A stretch of 8,115 nucleotides of DNA from Trichoplax adhaerens (Eukaryota; Animalia; Placozoa), in assembly GCF_000150275.1 (NCBI RefSeq), contig NW_002061132.1, positions 1 to 8,115 on the forward strand, read 5' to 3'. The notes beneath the pieces were generated by a model. That model made no database searches and was not told the DNA's origin. It saw nothing but the letters and a program-made list of their open reading frames with translations. The number at the start of each line of letters is the position of its first letter. The first letter of the stretch is position 1. Below are positions 7,704 to 8,115 of the stretch, one piece after another. Made by a program: the position numbers and the translations under genes.

Positions 7704-7773
7704 TGAGTTTTGCAGTTGCAACGCCGGTAAAAGGACGAGTTTGAATTGCAAATAAACAACAAAATGGCGTTGC

Positions 7774-8061
7774 TTTAGATAGGGTATAGACGTAAACCAG
7801 TCTAAATTAGATTTTACTGTTAAAATACTAGACTGTCTCCTGTATTATTCAACTCTGTTTAGTAGGTTATTTGTTTAAATAGGGTACATAGGCAAGCTAG
7901 ATCAGATTTTACTGTTAAAATACTACACTGTCTCCTGTATTATTCAACTCTGTTTAGTAGGTTATTTGTTTAAATAGGGTACACAGGTAAACTAGTATGG
8001 ATTTTACTGTTAAAACCCTAGACTGTTTCCAGCGTTATTCAACTCTATTCATTACGTTATT
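7774..8061. repeat. Tandem repeat, ~3 x 95 bp
   Basis: The anchor GATTTTACTGTTAAAA occurs at 7810, 7905 and 8000. The third unit is more diverged. Confidence 0.92.
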
Positions 8062-8115
8062 GAAGCGTCGTTGATGGTAGACTACAGAGTAAGGAGTGGA
8101 AAACATCCTAAGGGA

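Larger units (their letters stand above)
5608..7728. repeat. Segmental duplication copy B
   Basis: As for copy A. High identity stops at ~7709/4413 and weak similarity continues to 7728/4432. Confidence 0.92.

Overview
AT-rich, eukaryotic (probably metazoan) draft-assembly window containing a local tandem duplication. Each copy reads, on the + strand: a ~170-175 bp minisatellite array, a spacer, a ~400 bp piggyBac-like element, then an intronless minus-strand RDH11/12/13/14-like short-chain dehydrogenase/reductase gene (3427-4407 and 6723-7703; 326 aa, ~96% identical). The two proteins differ mostly in the active-site loop. The left copy has Ala where the catalytic Ser should be (VVVSAKLH vs VVVSSQAH), and the upstream regions of the two genes are unrelated. 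In the left array, five units carry a ~90 bp TA-flanked hairpin MITE that is missing from the other units, and one unit has an exact 45-bp TTAA-bounded micro-inversion. A 50-N gap is flanked by an exact 308-bp duplicate, probably an assembly overlap. A 95-bp tandem repeat lies upstream of the right gene. No rRNA, tRNA or CRISPR features were seen.
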